The notes under the pieces were generated by a model. It was not told the DNA's origin. It ran no database searches and was given only the letters and a program-made list of their open reading frames with translations. Source: Burkholderiaceae bacterium (lineage in GTDB: Bacteria > Pseudomonadota > Gammaproteobacteria > Burkholderiales > Burkholderiaceae_C). Taken from it: a DNA stretch of 64,000 bases. Positions 15,022 through 25,641 of this stretch are shown one piece after another (position 1 is the first letter of the stretch; each line of letters starts with the position of its first letter). The translations under genes and the position numbers were made by a program. The stretch is from positions 437-64,436 of the forward strand of contig DATJYZ010000098.1 in NCBI GenBank assembly GCA_035499355.1. Reading direction: 5' to 3'.

Positions 15022-15903
15022 ATGACACCCATCGTAGGCAGCATCGTCGCGCTGGTGACGCCGATGCTCGACAACGGAGACGTCGACTACGCCGGCCTAC
15101 GGCGCCTGATCGACTGGCACATCGCCGAGGGCACCGATTGCGTCGGCGTGGTCGGCACCACGGGCGAGTCGCCCACCGTGACGGTGGAGGAGCACTGCGA
15201 GGTCATCCGCGTCGCCGTGGAGCATGCGCGCGGCCGCGTGCCGATCATGGCCGGTGCAGGCGGCAATTCGACGCACGAGGCGATCGAGCTGTCGCGCTTC
15301 GCCAAGAAGGTGGGCGCCGATTGCACGTTGCAGGTCGTGCCCTACTACAACAAGCCGTCGCAAGAGGGCATGTACCGGCACTTCCGCGCCATCGCCGAAG
15401 CGGTGGACCTTCCGGTGGTGCTCTACAACGTACCCGGCCGCACGGTGGCCGACCTGCAGCACGACACGGTGCTGCGGCTGGCCCAGGTCGACCGCATCGT
15501 CGGCATCAAGGAGGCCACCGGCAACATCGAGCGTGCGGCGTGGTTGATCAAGCAGGCGCCGCGCGGCTTCTCGGTCTATTCGGGCGACGACGGCACCGCA
15601 GTGGCGTTGATGTTGCTCGGCGGCCACGGCAACGTCAGTGTCACCGCGAACGTCGCACCGCGGCTGATGCACGAGTTGTGCATGGCTGCCGTCGACGGCC
15701 AGGCGCGGCGCGCCGCCGAGATTCACATGAAGTTGCTTTCGCTGCATCGGCAGTTGTTCTGCGAACCGAGCCCCGCGCCTGTCAAGTGGGCGATGGCGCG
15801 CCTCGGCCTGTGTGGTGCCGCAGTGCGGCTGCCGATGGTCGCGCTGACCGCAGCCGGCCAAGCTCAGGTGGAGCAGGCGTTGCGCGAGGCTGGCCTGGTT
15901 TGA
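15022..15903 (+). CDS. dapA: 4-hydroxy-tetrahydrodipicolinate synthase
   Basis: 293 aa with [16 protein letters not shown] and YYNKPSQEG...YNVPGRT motifs. Confidence 0.95.
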   Translation: MTPIVGSIVALVTPMLDNGDVDYAGLRRLIDWHIAEGTDCVGVVGTTGESPTVTVEEHCEVIRVAVEHARGRVPIMAGAGGNSTHEAIELSRFAKKVGADCTLQVVPYYNKPSQEGMYRHFRAIAEAVDLPVVLYNVPGRTVADLQHDTVLRLAQVDRIVGIKEATGNIERAAWLIKQAPRGFSVYSGDDGTAVALMLLGGHGNVSVTANVAPRLMHELCMAAVDGQARRAAEIHMKLLSLHRQLFCEPSPAPVKWAMARLGLCGAAVRLPMVALTAAGQAQVEQALREAGLV

Positions 15904-15946
15904 CGGCCTTGCCGTGGGCGCGAGCCGGTGGTCTGCCGCCGGTGCA

Positions 15947-17107
15947 ATGGAGACCATTGACGTGACCGTTCGTTCTGTTGTGGCGCGCTGCGCCGTGGTC
16001 GGCGGTGTGGCCTTGGTCGCCGCCGCGTGCTCGAGCGTCGAGTCGTTCCTTGCCGGTGACAAGATCGACTACAAGAGCCAGGCCAACAAGACCACGCCGC
16101 TCGAAGTGCCGCCCGACCTCTCGCAGTTGTCGCGCGACAGCCGCTACCAGCCCCAGGGCGGGGTGATCAGTGCCAGCGGGCGTCAGGCCAGCGGGGCGGC
16201 GCCGGCGGCGCCTGCAGCGTCGGGGGTGGCGGCCGTGGCGCCCAACACCATCGGCGACATGCGCATCGAGCGCGACGGCAACCAGCGCTGGCTGGTGACG
16301 CCGATCCCGCCCGAGCAACTGTGGCCGCAGGTGCGCCAGTTCTGGACCGACGGGGGCTTCAGCCTCGCCATCGACGATGCGCAGGCCGGCGTGATGGAAA
16401 CCGATTGGGCCGAGAACCGCGCCAAGATTCCGATCGATGGCTTGCGGCGCTTGTTCGGTGGCGTGCTCGAACCGCTGTACTCCACCGGCGAACGCGATCG
16501 CTTCCGCACCCGCATCGAGCGCACCGCGAACGGCAGCGAGGTCTACATCTCGCACCGCGGCATCGAGGAGTACATGACCGGCAACACGCGCGACGTGCCG
16601 ATATGGGGCAATCGCCCGAACGATCCGCAGCTCGAGGCCGCGATGCTGGTGCGCCTGATGGCGAAGTTGGGCAGCACGAGCGCCGACGCGGCCACCGCGC
16701 AGGCCGCGGCAGCCGGCGCGACCAAGGCGGGGCCGCCGGCGCGTGCACGCGTGGTCGCCGGCGAGCCCGGTGCCACGATGGAGTTCGACGAGGGCTACGA
16801 CAAGGCCTGGCGGCGTGTCGGGCTGGCGCTCGATCGCAGCGGCTTCACCGTCGAAGACCGCGACCGTGCCGCCGGCGTCTACTTCGTGCGCTACATCGAC
16901 CCCAAGTACGCTGGCCGCGAGGAACCGAACTTCTTTACCAAGCTTTTCACCTCCGACAAGAATGCTGGCACGCCGCAGCGCTACCGCATCGCGGTCAAGC
17001 GCTCGGGCGAGAAGACGCAAGTGGCGGTGCAGAACTCGCAAGGCGCGCCCGACAACGGCGAGGCCGGTCAGCGCATCGTCGCCTTGCTGGTCGACGAGTT
17101 GAAGTAG
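15947..17107 (+). CDS. bamC: outer membrane protein assembly factor BamC (lipoprotein)
   Basis: It sits immediately after dapA, as in the E. coli dapA-nlpB arrangement. A signal peptide ends in LVAAAC. The start is uncertain (ATG 15947 or GTG 15962). Confidence 0.7.
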   Translation: METIDVTVRSVVARCAVVGGVALVAAACSSVESFLAGDKIDYKSQANKTTPLEVPPDLSQLSRDSRYQPQGGVISASGRQASGAAPAAPAASGVAAVAPNTIGDMRIERDGNQRWLVTPIPPEQLWPQVRQFWTDGGFSLAIDDAQAGVMETDWAENRAKIPIDGLRRLFGGVLEPLYSTGERDRFRTRIERTANGSEVYISHRGIEEYMTGNTRDVPIWGNRPNDPQLEAAMLVRLMAKLGSTSADAATAQAAAAGATKAGPPARARVVAGEPGATMEFDEGYDKAWRRVGLALDRSGFTVEDRDRAAGVYFVRYIDPKYAGREEPNFFTKLFTSDKNAGTPQRYRIAVKRSGEKTQVAVQNSQGAPDNGEAGQRIVALLVDELK

Positions 17108-17159
17108 CGACTCGGTCGAACGCGCCGCGTTCAGCTGTCGTTCAGCCGACAAAGGAAAC

Positions 17160-17179
17160 GGGCCGCCCGAGGGCGGCCC
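17160..17179 (-). terminator. intrinsic terminator hairpin between convergent bamC and the small lipoprotein gene
   Basis: GGGCCGCCC/GGGCGGCCC forms a stem around a tight turn. On the minus strand it is followed by GTTTCCTTTGT. There is no U-tract on the plus-strand side. Confidence 0.6.
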
Positions 17180-17201
17180 GTTCTCGCTCGGGGGCCGAGC
17201 T

Positions 17202-17453
17202 TTACTTCTTCATCGCAGCCGAGGCAGCAGCCTCGGCGGCCTTGGTCGCCGCATCGGTGGCAGCAGCAGCTGCCGAGGCGGCGGCGTCAGCCGCGGCGGG
17301 GGCAGCCGCAGTGGCCGGCTCCGAGGCAGCGGCCGCCGGTGCCGCCGGGGCGGCCGGCGCAGCGGCGGGAGCGGCAGCGGGTGGAGTTTCGGTCTTGCCA
17401 CAGGCGGCCAGCGCAGCGGTAGCAACCAGGGCCATCAGGAGCGACTTGTTCAT
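17202..17453 (-). CDS. small Ala/Pro-rich lipoprotein (83 aa precursor), unknown function
   Basis: MNKSLLMALVATAALAAC carries the lipobox LAAC. GAGGA lies 5 nt before the ATG. By my count, 38 of the 65 residues after the Cys are Ala. The protein ends ...AAMKK, and a terminator follows. Confidence 0.65.
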   Translation of the reverse strand: MNKSLLMALVATAALAACGKTETPPAAAPAAAPAAPAAPAAAASEPATAAAPAAADAAASAAAAATDAATKAAEAAASAAMKK

Positions 17454-17605
17454 GCTTGTCCTCAAAGGGGTAAACCGGGATTTTGTGGGGAGGATGGATC
17501 TCACCGGCACTCGATGCGATGCGCGCCTGGGCTGCGTTCCGGATCCGCGCGACCAGGCGATGCGGTGTCCAGCCCGCGATTATATTGGGGCGGACCCTGA
17601 GCGAC

Positions 17606-18100
17606 TCAGAGTCCCAGCACGGTCACCGGCCATGCCGGCTCGCAGCGTTGCACGAGCGCATCAACGCGCTCACGCTGCAGCACGCACGTGCGTCGCTCGG
17701 TGCTCCAACGCGCCTGCCAATGCTCGCGATCGAGCAGCTCGAGGCAGCCGGCATCGAACAACAGCAGCGACGGCACGTCGCTCGCATCGACCTCGGTCGG
17801 TGTCAGGCACTCCACCGCATGCGCGAACGGTTTGCGCCAGGCCGCGAAGCGCGCCTGTGCGCGTTCGACGACATCGAATCGCGCGCCCACCAGATGCAGC
17901 CGTCGGCCCGGCAGCTGGATCCAGCGCGTCAGCGCGTCGACGACCGCGGCGTCGTCGAGCGGCCACGGCGAGAAGTCGAGATCCACCAGCGTGATGTCGC
18001 GGCCCGACGTCTCGTCGAGCGCGGCCAACAGTCCGCGCGCCAGGGCCATGAAATCGCCGCGCGATGACACGCTCGTACGCTGGCCCGCCTCATCGCTCAT
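17606..18100 (-). CDS. hypothetical protein (164 aa), no family recognised
   Basis: The ORF is intact and has coding-like composition. Its ATG at 18100 overlaps the upstream cupin gene stop (18090) by 11 nt. An alternative ATG lies at 18049. Confidence 0.5.
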   Translation of the reverse strand: MSDEAGQRTSVSSRGDFMALARGLLAALDETSGRDITLVDLDFSPWPLDDAAVVDALTRWIQLPGRRLHLVGARFDVVERAQARFAAWRKPFAHAVECLTPTEVDASDVPSLLLFDAGCLELLDREHWQARWSTERRTCVLQRERVDALVQRCEPAWPVTVLGL

Positions 18101-19220
18101 GAACCCACCCCGACGTCAACCACTGCTGGACGATCGCGCGCGCGCCTCGGCTCAGGCGGCCCACCTCCGCCGCCGGCAACGCACGCGCATCGGCCAGACG
18201 GCGCAGGCATTGTGCGTCGCGTCCCGCGGCGCGCAGCGCTTCGCCGTTGATGTAGACGTGATGTGCGTCATAGAGCATGCGGGTGCGGCGGTCGAGCACC
18301 AGCGCGCGCGCTCCCATCGCGCGGCCGCGTCGACCCAGCTCGAACCACACGCGCGGTTTCGGCTCGCTCAACCACTGGCCGAGCGCACGCGGCAATGCCT
18401 GCGGATCGCGCAAGGCCCGCTGCCACGCCTGACGGGCGAACGACTGCAACGCCGGCGGCACGCGTGCCGGCGTGTCGGTCGGCGCGCTGGCACGATCGCC
18501 GTACAACGTGCTGTCGTCGCCGCTCGCCTCGTCGATGGCATCGGCCACGCCGAGCAGCAGCGCGTGCGCCAGCTCGGCGCTGCGCGGCGCACGAAAGCCG
18601 ATCGACGCAGTCATGCACTCGCCCACCGCCACGCCATCGTGGCCCCAACCGGGCGGCAGGTACAGCATGTCGCCCGGCTCGAGCAGCCAGTCGTGATCGG
18701 CCGTGAACCGGCGCAGCAGCTTCAGGGGCGCTCCCTCGACCAGCCGTGCGTCGCGCACGCGGCCGACGCGCCAACGGCGCCGGCCGTGCAGCTGCAGCAG
18801 GAACACGTCGTAGGCGTCGACGTGCGGGCCCACGCCACCGCCGTCGCTGGCGTAGGAGATCATCACATCGTCGAGCCGCGCGTCGGGCACGAAGCGGAAC
18901 GGTTGCAACAGGCGATGGGCCGCGTCGTCGAACAGGTCGACGCCTTGCACCAGCAGCGTCCAGCGTGGCTGGCGCAACGGCGGCAGACTGCGCCGAGGCA
19001 AGGGCCCGTGTCGCACCGACCAGCGACCGTCGCCGCCCGTCACCAGGCGTGATTCGACATCGGCGTCGGAGGCGAGCGCGAACAGGCGGTCACGCGGCAA
19101 CGGCGGCACCACCCGCGGCCATGCGGCGCGCACCAGCAATGGCTCGCGCTGCCAGTGCCGGCGCATGAACCGCGCCGGCGTCAAGCCGCCGAGCAGCGTC
19201 AGCGGAGCGTGCAGATCCAC
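18090..19220 (-). CDS. JmjC/cupin ribosomal protein arginine hydroxylase-like (RoxA/YcfD family)
   Basis: The Fe(II) motif HVDAYDV plus GWGHDG is present, and the N-terminus ...FMRRHWQREPLLV resembles YcfD ...FLERHWQKRPVVL. I prefer GTG 19220, because the track start at 19286 would overlap slyD. Confidence 0.72.
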   Translation of the reverse strand: MDLHAPLTLLGGLTPARFMRRHWQREPLLVRAAWPRVVPPLPRDRLFALASDADVESRLVTGGDGRWSVRHGPLPRRSLPPLRQPRWTLLVQGVDLFDDAAHRLLQPFRFVPDARLDDVMISYASDGGGVGPHVDAYDVFLLQLHGRRRWRVGRVRDARLVEGAPLKLLRRFTADHDWLLEPGDMLYLPPGWGHDGVAVGECMTASIGFRAPRSAELAHALLLGVADAIDEASGDDSTLYGDRASAPTDTPARVPPALQSFARQAWQRALRDPQALPRALGQWLSEPKPRVWFELGRRGRAMGARALVLDRRTRMLYDAHHVYINGEALRAAGRDAQCLRRLADARALPAAEVGRLSRGARAIVQQWLTSGWVHER

Positions 19221-19270
19221 GGCGCATTGTCGTCGGCCCGTCGTCGCGCCCGCTGTGCGATCATCGAGCC

Positions 19271-19789
19271 ATGGAGATCGCCGCACCCTGCGTCGTCACC
19301 TTGACCTGGGCCCTGCACGATGCGCAGGGCCAGCCGATCGACGAACTGCAGGAGCCGATGGAGTTCTTCTACGGCGGCGACGATCTGCTCGCCAAGGTGG
19401 AGGAGGCGCTGGCGGGCCAGCGCGAGGGCTTCGAGACCACGCTGCACCTCGAGCCCGAGCAGGCGTTCGGCGACTACGACGCCGCCAGGGTGTGCTTCGA
19501 GGACCGCGCGCTGTTCCCGTCTGACCTGCGCGAAGGCATGCAGCTCGAAGGTCTGCCCGAAGGCGCGCGCACGCAGGGTATGTCGGGCGACACGGTCTAC
19601 ACGGTGACCGAAATCTACCCGTCGCACGTGGTGCTCGACGGCAATCATCCGTTGGCCGGCATCGCATTGCGGCTGCGCCTGAAGGTGCACGACGTGCGCG
19701 ACGCCACCGAGGTCGAGCTGCAGCAACGCAGCGTCGCCGGGCAGCTGCTGTCGCTGGACGACATGCCCGCTTCGGGCACCCTGCACTAG
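19271..19789 (+). CDS. slyD: FKBP-type peptidyl-prolyl cis-trans isomerase (SlyD-like)
   Basis: 172 aa with an FKBP/IF-domain pattern (...FFYGGDDLLAKVEEAL...HPLAGIALRLRLKV...). Confidence 0.82.
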   Translation: MEIAAPCVVTLTWALHDAQGQPIDELQEPMEFFYGGDDLLAKVEEALAGQREGFETTLHLEPEQAFGDYDAARVCFEDRALFPSDLREGMQLEGLPEGARTQGMSGDTVYTVTEIYPSHVVLDGNHPLAGIALRLRLKVHDVRDATEVELQQRSVAGQLLSLDDMPASGTLH

Positions 19790-19796
19790 CCCCAGC

Positions 19797-20246
19797 TCAG
19801 GCCGCGCCGGTGGAGCCGAAGCCGCCGCTGCCGCGCGCGCTGTGCTCGAACGACTCCACGCGCCGGAACTGCGCCTGCACGACCGGCACGATCACCATCT
19901 GCGCAATGCGCTCGAACGGCTGCACCGTGTAGTTCACGGCACCGCGGTTCCAGCAGCTGACCATCAACGGTCCCTGGTAGTCGCTGTCGATCAGGCCGAC
20001 CAGGTTGCCGAGCACGATGCCGTGCTTGTGGCCCAGGCCAGAGCGCGGCAATAGCATCGCCGCCAGCCGGGGGTCGCCGATGTGGATCGCCAGGCCGGTC
20101 GGAATCAACGCCGCCTGTCCGGGCTCGAGCAGCAACGGAGCATCGATGCACGCGCGCAGGTCCAGCCCTGCGCTCCCAGCGGTGGCGTAAGCAGGAAGCT
20201 GATCGGCCACGCGCTCGTCGAGCACGCGCACGTCGATGATGCTCAT
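19797..20246 (-). CDS. dut: dUTP diphosphatase
   Basis: 149 aa from [10 protein letters not shown]... with GLIDSDYQG and [10 protein letters not shown]. The ATG overlaps the coaBC stop as ATGA. Confidence 0.95.
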   Translation of the reverse strand: MSIIDVRVLDERVADQLPAYATAGSAGLDLRACIDAPLLLEPGQAALIPTGLAIHIGDPRLAAMLLPRSGLGHKHGIVLGNLVGLIDSDYQGPLMVSCWNRGAVNYTVQPFERIAQMVIVPVVQAQFRRVESFEHSARGSGGFGSTGAA

Positions 20247-21460
20247 GGGCTTGCGTCCAGGCGTGCTGCAATCTCGCGCACCAGCTCGCGCGCCAGTGTC
20301 AGCTTGTCGGCGGCCGGCAACTGGCGCTCGCCGCGCGCATCGACCAGCAGCAGCGCATTGTCGTCGCGGCCGAACGTCGACGGCCCGATGTTGCCGACGA
20401 TCAGCGGCACCTTCTTGCGCTCGAGCTTCGCGCGCGCGTTGACCGCGAGGTCTTCGGTCTCGGCGGCGAAGCCGACGCAGTACGGGCGCTGCGGCAGCCG
20501 CGCCACCGCGGCCAGGATGTCGGGGTTCTCGGCCAGCTCGAGCGCCGGCGCGCTGTGCGAACCGTCCTTCTTGATCTTGCGCTGCGCGTAGCTCGCGGGC
20601 CGCCAATCGGCCACCGCTGCGGTGGCGACGAACACGTGCTGCAGGCCCGCCAGCGGCAGCACGGTGTCGTGCATCTGCTGAGCACTCGCGACGTCGATGC
20701 GCCGCACGTGGCGCGGCGTCGGCTGGTGCACCGGGCCGCATACCAGCGTGACGTCGGCGCCGGCCTCCTGCGCGGCGCGCGCGATCGCGAAGCCCATCTT
20801 GCCGCTCGACAGGTTGGTGATGCCGCGCACCGGATCGATCGCCTCGAAGGTCGGACCCGCCGTCACCATCACACGGCGCCCGGCCAGCAGCTTGGGTTGC
20901 AGCGCCGCGATCACCTCGTCGCGCAACTCGTCGGCCTCGAGCATGCGGCCGTCGCCGATCTCGCCGCAGGCCTGGTCGCCACTGGCGGGGCCGACCACCT
21001 GTGCGCCGTCGTCGCGGATGCGCGCGACGTTGCGCTGCGTGGCCGGGTGCGCCCACATCTCGCGGTTCATCGCCGGCGCCACCAGCAACGGGCAGCGCTC
21101 GATCGGGCGCGCCAGGCAGGCCAGGCTCAACAGGTCGCCGGCGTGGCCGTTGGCCAGCTTGGCGATGAAGTCGGCCGACGCCGGCGCGACGACCAGCGCA
21201 TCGGCCTCGCGCGTCAGATTGATGTGCGCCATCGCGTTGGGTTCGCGCGCGTCCCACTGGCTGGTGTACACCGCGCGCCCGCTTAACGCCTGCATCGTCA
21301 CCGCGGTGATGAACGCCTCGGCGGCTTCGGTCATCACCACCTGTACACTGGCACCTGCCTTGACCAGCTCGCGGGTCAGTTCGGCGGCCTTGTAGCAAGC
21401 GATGCCGCCGCTCAGTCCGAGCACGATGTGGTGGCCGTCGAGTTGCAGCGCGTCAGGCAT
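20243..21460 (-). CDS. coaBC: bifunctional phosphopantothenoylcysteine decarboxylase/phosphopantothenate-cysteine ligase
   Basis: [16 protein letters not shown] and [10 protein letters not shown] motifs are present. I prefer ATG 21460 (MPDAL...) over the TTG at 21469. Confidence 0.93.
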   Translation of the reverse strand: MPDALQLDGHHIVLGLSGGIACYKAAELTRELVKAGASVQVVMTEAAEAFITAVTMQALSGRAVYTSQWDAREPNAMAHINLTREADALVVAPASADFIAKLANGHAGDLLSLACLARPIERCPLLVAPAMNREMWAHPATQRNVARIRDDGAQVVGPASGDQACGEIGDGRMLEADELRDEVIAALQPKLLAGRRVMVTAGPTFEAIDPVRGITNLSSGKMGFAIARAAQEAGADVTLVCGPVHQPTPRHVRRIDVASAQQMHDTVLPLAGLQHVFVATAAVADWRPASYAQRKIKKDGSHSAPALELAENPDILAAVARLPQRPYCVGFAAETEDLAVNARAKLERKKVPLIVGNIGPSTFGRDDNALLLVDARGERQLPAADKLTLARELVREIAARLDASP

Positions 21461-21508
21461 GGCGCGCAATGTAGCAGCGCGCGATGGCAGCGAGCGACGC
21501 AGCTGGGT

Positions 21509-22252
21509 TCAACGTGCCGCGCCGTGGCACTTCTTGAACTTCAGGCCGCTGCCGCAATGGCACGGATCGTTGCGGCCGGGCAGCGCCTCGACTCGGCGCG
21601 TCGAAGGCTTCGGTGCGTGATCGACCCAGTACAGGCGCAACTGCTGCGCAGCCATGCAGGCGGCGTCGATCTGCGCGTCGCGGTCGGCGCTCGGCGCGTC
21701 GCCCGGTGCCGGCGATTGCAGGTCGCGGATGCAGCGCATCGCATCGTGATAGCGCTGCGCGTCGTCGCCGTCGGCCGGCGGTGCCGTCCAATCGGATGCG
21801 AAGTGCTCCACCGCGGCCAGGAAGCCGCGCGACCAGGCCACGCCGGGGCGCAACTCGTTGCTCGCCTGCTCGGCGTTGCCGAGGCCTTGCGCGACGAAAG
21901 CGTCGCGGTCGTGGTCTTCGTAGGCGAGGATCCACGGCTCGAGGTAGACGCTGCCCGGGTCGCCGATCAAGCCTTCGGCATCGAGCTGCTGCGCCAGCTC
22001 GCTCCAGCGCGACGACAGCGCGCGTTGCGCCTGGCGCGCGTCGAGCGGGTCCCCGAACACGCGGCCGAAGGCATCACCGAGCATGGCCGGCAGCCACTGC
22101 TCGATCGCGATCGCGCGCGGCCCTGCGAGCACGCCGGTGAGGAAGCCGTCGACCCACTCGGGCGACACCCGGCCGTCGAAACCCGCGAGCCGCCAGCACA
22201 CGCGCTCGAAGTCGCTGCCCACCGCCTCCGCTACGGCAGCCTCCGCACTCAT
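21509..22252 (-). CDS. YecA/UPF0149 family protein with C-terminal SEC-C metal-binding motif
   Basis: 247 aa ending ...GRNDPCHCGSGLKFKKCHG, which is a SEC-C motif. Confidence 0.78.
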   Translation of the reverse strand: MSAEAAVAEAVGSDFERVCWRLAGFDGRVSPEWVDGFLTGVLAGPRAIAIEQWLPAMLGDAFGRVFGDPLDARQAQRALSSRWSELAQQLDAEGLIGDPGSVYLEPWILAYEDHDRDAFVAQGLGNAEQASNELRPGVAWSRGFLAAVEHFASDWTAPPADGDDAQRYHDAMRCIRDLQSPAPGDAPSADRDAQIDAACMAAQQLRLYWVDHAPKPSTRRVEALPGRNDPCHCGSGLKFKKCHGAAR

Positions 22253-22297
22253 CGTTTCTGCAACCTTCTTGCTCTCGTTGTCAACTCGAACGCGTGG

Positions 22298-22831
22298 TCA
22301 GACACCGCCCGCCGCCAGCAGCTCACGCACCCACTGGCGGGCATCGTCGCCAGTCCAGTCGACCGCACCGACGATCTGATGTCGCGGCCGGCCGCTGCGA
22401 TCGATCGACACCGTGGTCGGGAACACACGCGGCGTCCACGCCTTGGTGACCGACCCGTCGCGGTCGAGCAGCACCGGCAGGCTCAATGGTACGCGCTCGA
22501 GAAAGCGCCGGACTCCCGGCTCGGTCTCCTGGTAGTTGACGGTCAGCACGACCATCGGGTCGGCCCGGTGCCGTTTGGCCATTGCCTCCAACGACGGCAT
22601 CTCCTCACGGCACGGTTCACACCAGGTGGCCCAGAAGTTGACCAGCACCGCGCGCCCCTGCAGCGCGGCCAGATCCCACGCCTTGCCCTCGAGGTCGGTG
22701 AGTGCGAGCGGCGGAACCGGACGCGTCGCGCTCCACGGCCGCAACTGATGAGCCCGCACCCCCGTGGCCAGGCCGAGCGCGGCACCCAGCAGCGCGCGGC
22801 GGCCGAACGACGGATTGCCTCGCTTGCGCAT
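22298..22831 (-). CDS. TlpA-family periplasmic thiol:disulfide oxidoreductase
   Basis: A thioredoxin-fold WCEPC active site is present. The signal is MRKRGNPSFGRRALLGAALGLA from ATG 22831. Confidence 0.8.
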   Translation of the reverse strand: MRKRGNPSFGRRALLGAALGLATGVRAHQLRPWSATRPVPPLALTDLEGKAWDLAALQGRAVLVNFWATWCEPCREEMPSLEAMAKRHRADPMVVLTVNYQETEPGVRRFLERVPLSLPVLLDRDGSVTKAWTPRVFPTTVSIDRSGRPRHQIVGAVDWTGDDARQWVRELLAAGGV

Positions 22832-22951
22832 CTGCGGGCGCACTGTACGGCATGCCGCTCGATGATGCCGCCGCTGGGTCAAGGTGCTGCAGCATCGCCG
22901 CGCCGTGGGTTCGCGGAAACGCAGGCGCGCCGGCGCACCGCGAGCGGGCGG

Positions 22952-25609
22952 CTACAGGCGCTCGGCGACCCAGCCTCTCACCGACGCCAACGCCTGCGGC
23001 AACTTGGCGACATCGGTGCCACCGGCCATGGCCAGATCGGGCTTGCCGCCGCCCTTGCCGCCGACTTGCTGCGCCACGAAATTGACCAGCTCGCCGGCCT
23101 TCACGCGCGCGATGCTGTCGTTGGTCACCCCGGCGGCGAGCTGCACCTTCGCGCCGTCGACGGCGGCAAGCACGATGGCCGCGGTCTTGAGCTTGTCCTT
23201 GAGCTTGTCCATCGTCTCGCGCAACGTCCTGGCATCGGCGCCTTGCAGCGTGGCGGCCAGCACCTTCAGGCCCTTGACGTCGACGGCCTGCGCGAGCAGT
23301 TCGTCGCCCTGCGCCGACGCCAGCCTGCCCTTGAGCGCGGCAAGCTCCTTCTCGAGTCCGCGCACCTGCTCGAGCACCGCACCGACTCGGCCCTGCATCT
23401 CGCCGGGCGTCACCTTCAGTGCCGCTGCCACCTGCGACACGGTCGATTCGAGATGCTGCAGGTAGGCGAGCGCGTTGTCGCCGGTGACCGCCTCGACGCG
23501 GCGCACGCCTGCCGCGACGCCGCCTTCGGACACGATCTTGAAGACGCCGATATCGCCGGTGCGCTGCACGTGGGTGCCGCCGCACAGCTCGCGGCTCGAG
23601 CCGATGTCGAGCACGCGCACCTGCGAGCCGTACTTCTCGCCGAACAGCATCATCGCGCCGAGCTTCTGCGCATCGTCCATCGGCATCACGCGGGCCTGCG
23701 TCGCCGTGTTGGTCAGGATTTCGGCGTTGACGATCGCCTCGACCTTGCGGATCTGCCCGTCGCTCAGCGGTGCGTTGTGGGCGAAGTCGAAGCGCGTGCG
23801 CTCGGCGTCGACCAGCGAGCCCTTCTGCTGCACGTGCGCGCCGAGCACCTCGCGCAGCGCCTTGTGCATCAAGTGGGTGACGCTGTGGTTGCGCATCGTC
23901 TTGGCGCGCTTGTCGGCGTCGACCCGCGCACTCAGCGTGTCACCGACCGCCAGCGTGCCCTCCATCACGTGCACCTGATGGCCGAACACGTCGGCCTGGA
24001 TCTTGGTGGTGTCCTCGACCATTGCCCGGAACGTTGCGTTGCGCAGCTCACCGGTGTCGCCGACCTGGCCACCGCTCTCGGCATAGAACGGCGTGTGGTC
24101 GAGCACGACCACGGCGTCGTCGCCGGCCTTCAGCCCCTGCACCGGAGCACCGTCGACGTACAGCGCGGTGACCTTGGCGCCATCGCGCGTAAGGCCGTCA
24201 TAGCCGTGGAAAGTCGTGGCGGCGCCGCTGTAGGCGAGGCCGGCGGCCATCTTGAACTTCGCAGCCGCCCTCGCCTGCTCGCGCTGACGGTTCATCGCAG
24301 CGTTGAAGCCGGCTTCGTCCACAACGAAGCCGCGCTCGCGGCAGACGTCGGCCGTGAGGTCGAGTGGAAAGCCGTAGGTGTCGTGCAACTTGAACGCCAG
24401 CTCGCCATCGAGCAGCGCAGCGGCACGGCCCTCGCCCGGCTTGACCGGCATCGTGGCCAGCGCCGCCTCGAGGATCTCCATGCCGTTGGCAATGGTCTGG
24501 AAGAAGCGCTCCTCCTCGACCTTCAGCACCTCGGTGACGCGCGCGGTGTCGCGCCGCAGCTCGGGATACGCATCGCCCATCTCGGCGGCCAGCGGCGCGA
24601 CGAGCCTGTGGAAGAACGGCTTCCTCGCACCCAGCTTGTAGCCATGGCGGATCGCGCGCCGCGCGATCCGGCGCAGCACGTAGCCCCGTCCTTCGTTGCC
24701 CGGGATCACGCCGTCGGTCACCGTGAAGGCACAGGCGCGGATGTGATCGGCGATCACCTTCAGCGACGGCGTCTGCAGATCAGCGATCGGCGCGCCGCCG
24801 GATGCCACCACGGCATCGCGCGTCGCCGCGAGCAGACGCGCGAACAGGTCGATCTCGTAGTTCGAGTGCACGTGCTGCAGCACCGCGGTCAGCCGCTCGA
24901 GCCCCATGCCGGTGTCGACGCTCGGCTTGGGCAGCCTGTGCATCACGCCGTCTTCGGTGCGATTGAACTGCATGAAGACGTTGTTCCAGATCTCGATGTA
25001 GCGGTCGCCGTCCTGCTCGGCGCTGCCCGGCGGGCCGCCCGCCACCTCGGGGCCGTGGTCGTAGAAGATCTCCGAACACGGGCCGCACGGGCCGGTGTCG
25101 CCCATCATCCAGAAGTTGTCCGACGCGTAGCGCGCGCCCTTGTTGTCGCCGATGCGCACCACGCGCTCGGGTGGCAGGCCGATGTCCTTGACCCAGATGT
25201 CGTAGGCCTCGTCGTCCTCGGCGTAGACGGTGGCCCACAACTTGTCCTTCGGCAGCTTGAAGTTCACCGTCAGCAACTCCCACGCGTACTTCAGTGCGTC
25301 GCGCTTGAAGTAGTCGCCGAAGCTGAAGTTGCCGAGCATCTCGAAGAACGTGTGATGGCGGGCGGTGTAGCCCACGTTCTCGAGGTCGTTGTGCTTGCCG
25401 CCGGCGCGGATGCATTTCTGCGCGGTCGCCGCGCGCGTGTAGGGCCGCTTGTCGAAGCCGAGGAACACGTCCTTGAACTGGTTCATCCCGGCGTTGGTGA
25501 ACAACAGCGTCGGGTCCTCGCCCGGCACCACCGGCGAGCTCGGCACCACCTGGTGGCCCTTGGACTCGAAGAACGACAGGAACGTGGCGCGGATCTCGGC
25601 GGCTTTCAT
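22952..25609 (-). CDS. alaS: alanine-tRNA ligase
   Basis: [25 protein letters not shown]...[10 protein letters not shown]...[18 protein letters not shown]. The real ATG is at 25609, inside the 981-aa track ORF. Confidence 0.97.
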   Translation of the reverse strand: MKAAEIRATFLSFFESKGHQVVPSSPVVPGEDPTLLFTNAGMNQFKDVFLGFDKRPYTRAATAQKCIRAGGKHNDLENVGYTARHHTFFEMLGNFSFGDYFKRDALKYAWELLTVNFKLPKDKLWATVYAEDDEAYDIWVKDIGLPPERVVRIGDNKGARYASDNFWMMGDTGPCGPCSEIFYDHGPEVAGGPPGSAEQDGDRYIEIWNNVFMQFNRTEDGVMHRLPKPSVDTGMGLERLTAVLQHVHSNYEIDLFARLLAATRDAVVASGGAPIADLQTPSLKVIADHIRACAFTVTDGVIPGNEGRGYVLRRIARRAIRHGYKLGARKPFFHRLVAPLAAEMGDAYPELRRDTARVTEVLKVEEERFFQTIANGMEILEAALATMPVKPGEGRAAALLDGELAFKLHDTYGFPLDLTADVCRERGFVVDEAGFNAAMNRQREQARAAAKFKMAAGLAYSGAATTFHGYDGLTRDGAKVTALYVDGAPVQGLKAGDDAVVVLDHTPFYAESGGQVGDTGELRNATFRAMVEDTTKIQADVFGHQVHVMEGTLAVGDTLSARVDADKRAKTMRNHSVTHLMHKALREVLGAHVQQKGSLVDAERTRFDFAHNAPLSDGQIRKVEAIVNAEILTNTATQARVMPMDDAQKLGAMMLFGEKYGSQVRVLDIGSSRELCGGTHVQRTGDIGVFKIVSEGGVAAGVRRVEAVTGDNALAYLQHLESTVSQVAAALKVTPGEMQGRVGAVLEQVRGLEKELAALKGRLASAQGDELLAQAVDVKGLKVLAATLQGADARTLRETMDKLKDKLKTAAIVLAAVDGAKVQLAAGVTNDSIARVKAGELVNFVAQQVGGKGGGKPDLAMAGGTDVAKLPQALASVRGWVAERL

Positions 25610-25641
25610 GCGGGCCCTTGCAATCGGACCCGTGATTTTAG

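Noticed and set aside
16321-17994. A 557-aa plus-strand ORF containing a long poly-Ala tract (17210..17400 region).
   Set aside because: The poly-Ala tract is the antisense reading of the small lipoprotein gene. The minus strand has a signal peptide, lipobox, Shine-Dalgarno sequence and terminator, whereas the plus-strand ORF is out of frame with bamC and has no start context.
19221-19286. The longer GTG start (19286) for the RoxA-like gene, which overlaps the divergent slyD start.
   Set aside because: It would create a 16-nt head-to-head coding overlap with slyD. The GTG at 19220 gives an N-terminus that aligns with E. coli YcfD. I cannot fully exclude the longer form.
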